From NCBI GenBank assembly GCA_964565945.1, contig CAZMGY010000012.1, positions 1-32,000 on the forward strand: a stretch of DNA of 32,000 bases, in the 5' to 3' direction. A program made the translations under genes and the position numbers. Source of the stretch: an uncultured bacterium (lineage in GTDB: Bacteria; GCA-001730085). Every line of letters starts with the position of its first letter. Position 1 is the stretch's first letter. The notes under the pieces are model-generated. The model did no database searches. It had not been told where the DNA came from and saw nothing but the letters and a program-made list of their open reading frames with translations. Below are positions 30,032 through 32,000 of the stretch, one piece after another.

Positions 30032-31048
30032 TTGCGTTTTGCAGAACCTTGGTTATGGTTGGGCGTGCTTGCCTGTATTGTTTTAGGGGCGTGTTTGTTG
30101 GTATGGATCTACGTGATCCGTCGCAAAACCCTTCGTTCCTGGGGGGAACATGTTTTTATAGTGCCTTTGTTGGCACATGTGAGTGAAGCGTTCTATTGGC
30201 TTAAGCTTGCTTTGCTTATTGTGGCGGGATCTTTGATGTTGGTTGCCTTAACCCGTCCTCAATGGGGTGAGCGTTCCGTTGAAGCGAAGCGAGAAGGTGT
30301 GGATATTATTGTGGCGATTGACACCTCATTAAGTATGTTGGCTCAAGATGTCAAGCCCAATCGCTTGAGCAAAGCGAAGCGAGAAGTTAGTTTTCTTATT
30401 GAGAATGTTCAAGGAGATCGTTTGGGATTGGTGGCCTTTGCGGGTCAAGCCTTTATTCAAGTTCCACTGAGCACCGATCGCGCTGTGACTAAAATGATGC
30501 TGTCTTTGATCGATGTGAACACGATTGCCAGTCAAGGAACCTGTTTGGCCGAAGCGATTTTTGTTAGTCGTAAGGCTTTTGATCAAGGAGAAACTAAATA
30601 CAAAACTTTGATTTTAATCACAGATGGTGAGGATCATGAAGGGGAGGCGTTGCAGCAAGCTGAACTGGCTGCCAAAGAGGGGATTCGTATTTACACAGTT
30701 GGTTTGGGTCATAAAGAAGGCGCGCCGATTCCTTTGTTGGACGATCGAGGTCAAGTGACGGGTTATAAGAAAGATGCTCAAGGGAAGGTGGTGATGTCAC
30801 GCGTGGCAGACAAAAGTCTTAAACAAATAGCTAAAATTACTCAAGGTGCTTATATTCATGGTTTGCAAGGTGGTTGGAACTTAAAGGGAATTTATGACAT
30901 GATTTCTAGCCTAGAAAAAAAGGGAATAGAAAGTAAGCTTGTGATTATGTACGAAGATCGCTATCAATTTATTTTGGGCTTGGTTTTATGGATTCTTTTA
31001 TTGGAGAGCTGTTTTACTGTTCGCCGCCAGAGAGGAGGGTTTTCATGA
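30032..31048 (+). CDS. BatB-like membrane-anchored von Willebrand factor A protein
   Basis: TTG start after GAAGGGGG. N-terminal TM pair. MIDAS DIIVAIDTSLSM, LITDGEDHEG, and C-terminal TM FILGLVLWILLLE. Confidence 0.85.
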   Translation: MRFAEPWLWLGVLACIVLGACLLVWIYVIRRKTLRSWGEHVFIVPLLAHVSEAFYWLKLALLIVAGSLMLVALTRPQWGERSVEAKREGVDIIVAIDTSLSMLAQDVKPNRLSKAKREVSFLIENVQGDRLGLVAFAGQAFIQVPLSTDRAVTKMMLSLIDVNTIASQGTCLAEAIFVSRKAFDQGETKYKTLILITDGEDHEGEALQQAELAAKEGIRIYTVGLGHKEGAPIPLLDDRGQVTGYKKDAQGKVVMSRVADKSLKQIAKITQGAYIHGLQGGWNLKGIYDMISSLEKKGIESKLVIMYEDRYQFILGLVLWILLLESCFTVRRQRGGFS

Positions 31049-32000
31049 GGACCTTAATGATGCTATCCATAAGTTTATTTCTGCTTTTGCCGTTGCTGGG
31101 GTTTCGTTGGCCTTGGGATCAAAGGGAAGAGAAAGCGTATGAACAAGCTCAAGCTGGGCAACATACTCAAGCTGAACAGATGTACGAGAATCTACTTAAA
31201 GAGGAACCTGACCAAGATAGGTATGTATTTAACGTGGCTCTTATGAACTATTTTAAGGAAGATTATGAGGCTTCTATTAAAACATTAGGTGCTGTGAATA
31301 ATTTTTCCTTGTTGGCCAAGGCGGCCTTATTAGAAGGAAATGCCCAGTATCGTCAGGGAGATTTGCTTAAAGCACAGAAGGCTTATCGTAAGGCTTTAGG
31401 TTTTGATCCCGAGCTATTGCTGGCCAAATATAATTTGGAAGTGATTGAAAAATTACAAAAACAAGAAGCCCTTTCTCAGGATAAGTCGCCAGAGAGCGAA
31501 GAATATTGCAATCAAAATCAGAAGCAAGACTCTCAAAGTGAATCTGCTGGTGAAGAAAGTGAGCAAGAAGCCCTTTCTGAGGATAAGTCGCCAGAGAGCA
31601 AAGAATATTGCAATCAAGATCAGAAGCAGGAGTCTCAAAGTGAATCTGGTGGTGAAGAAAGTGAGCAAAAAGCCCTTTCTCAGGATAAGTCGCCAGAGAG
31701 CGAAGAATATCGAAATCAAGATCAGAAGCAAGAGTCTCAAAGTGAATCTGGTGGTGAAGAAAGTGAGCAAGAAGCCCTTTCTCAGGATAAATCACCAGAG
31801 AGCGAAGAATATCGAAATCAAGATCAGAAGCAAGAGTCTCAAAGTAAATTTGCTGCTGAAGAAAGTGAGCAAGAAGACAGTCAAAATCAGGCTTCGCTGG
31901 ATTCAGAAGGTGCTCAAAGTGGTTCGGGGGGTCAAAAAAGTGAATCGTCGGAGGAAGAGTCCCAAAATTCCGAAGATTCTCAGGGCGGTTCGGCTAGTCA
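31045..32000 (+). CDS. BatC-like TPR protein with an acidic repeat tail, 3'-truncated by the window edge (318 codons visible). Not in the supplied ORF track.
   Basis: I translated frame 1 by hand from ATG 31045 and found no stop through nt 32000. AGAGGAGGG lies upstream, and the ATGA overlaps the batB-like stop. Signal/TM MRTLMMLSISLFLLLPLLGF. TPR-like helices (AYEQAQAGQHTQAEQMYENLLKEEP; YRQGDLLKAQKAYRKALGFDP). The Q/E/S-rich repeats follow. Confidence 0.75.
   Translation, partial: MRTLMMLSISLFLLLPLLGFRWPWDQREEKAYEQAQAGQHTQAEQMYENLLKEEPDQDRYVFNVALMNYFKEDYEASIKTLGAVNNFSLLAKAALLEGNAQYRQGDLLKAQKAYRKALGFDPELLLAKYNLEVIEKLQKQEALSQDKSPESEEYCNQNQKQDSQSESAGEESEQEALSEDKSPESKEYCNQDQKQESQSESGGEESEQKALSQDKSPESEEYRNQDQKQESQSESGGEESEQEALSQDKSPESEEYRNQDQKQESQSKFAAEESEQEDSQNQASLDSEGAQSGSGGQKSESSEEESQNSEDSQGGSAS
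31462..31869 (+). repeat. Four tandem, in-frame copies of a 102-bp (34-codon) unit
   Basis: Copies start at 31462, 31564, 31666 and 31768, and differ by only a handful of substitutions each. Encoded units: QEALSQDKSPESEEYCNQNQKQDSQSESAGEESE / QEALSEDKSPESKEYCNQDQKQESQSESGGEESE / QKALSQDKSPESEEYRNQDQKQESQSESGGEESE / QEALSQDKSPESEEYRNQDQKQESQSKFAAEESE. After 31870 the sequence degenerates into a non-periodic S/E/Q/G tail. Confidence 0.95.

Noticed and set aside
31367-31795. Two long - strand ORFs (142 aa and 105 aa) with internally repeated sequence
   Set aside because: They lie exactly antisense to the four 102-bp repeats of the + strand BatC-like gene, and their periodicity simply mirrors that repeat. 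The + strand frame is continuous from a coupled ATG with a strong RBS and has family-consistent TPR sequence. The - strand ORFs have no RBS and no operon context.
31462-31869. Possible CRISPR array or minisatellite outside genes
   Set aside because: The copies are contiguous with no unique spacers. The unit is 102 bp, and all copies are in-frame within a coding sequence. No cas genes are present.

Overview
This is a 32-kb, moderately AT-rich (by eye) bacterial chromosomal segment. Every gene I can support (about 30 CDS and 1 tRNA) is on the + strand. Most of it is core housekeeping, in this order:
- the 3' part of a large acidic orphan protein that enters from the left edge
- rarA, 5-formyl-THF cyclo-ligase, nadC and coaX
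- groES-groEL behind a strong sigma70-type promoter and a degenerate CIRCE-like operator
- an orphan ZnuA/TroA-type metal-binding protein, then purA
- aroQ-accB-accC followed by an Asp23/AmaP-like membrane protein
- pcrA/uvrD, a possible small basic membrane protein, and tRNA-Ala(GGC)
- an orphan pilT-like ATPase plus a GNAT acetyltransferase
- a complete nqrABCDEF operon
- a signal-peptide protein with a lysine-rich linker and a beta-barrel-like C-terminus

After a 510-bp ORF-free gap comes a tightly translationally coupled operon: MoxR, DUF58, a membrane anchor, BatA-like vWA, BatB-like vWA and a BatC-like TPR protein. It runs off the right edge. Its last gene is absent from the supplied ORF track because it has no stop in the window, and it carries four near-identical in-frame 102-bp tandem repeats.

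I see no rRNA, CRISPR array, transposase or integrase, and no defence gene that I recognise. The least understood parts are the Bat-type cluster and its local peculiarities, the Lys-rich outer-membrane candidate, the edge-truncated acidic protein, a nested inverted-repeat element after the GNAT gene, and the 510-bp gap. The gene content (NQR, a periplasmic binding protein, a beta-barrel candidate) suggests a diderm bacterium. I cannot assign a taxon from sequence alone.
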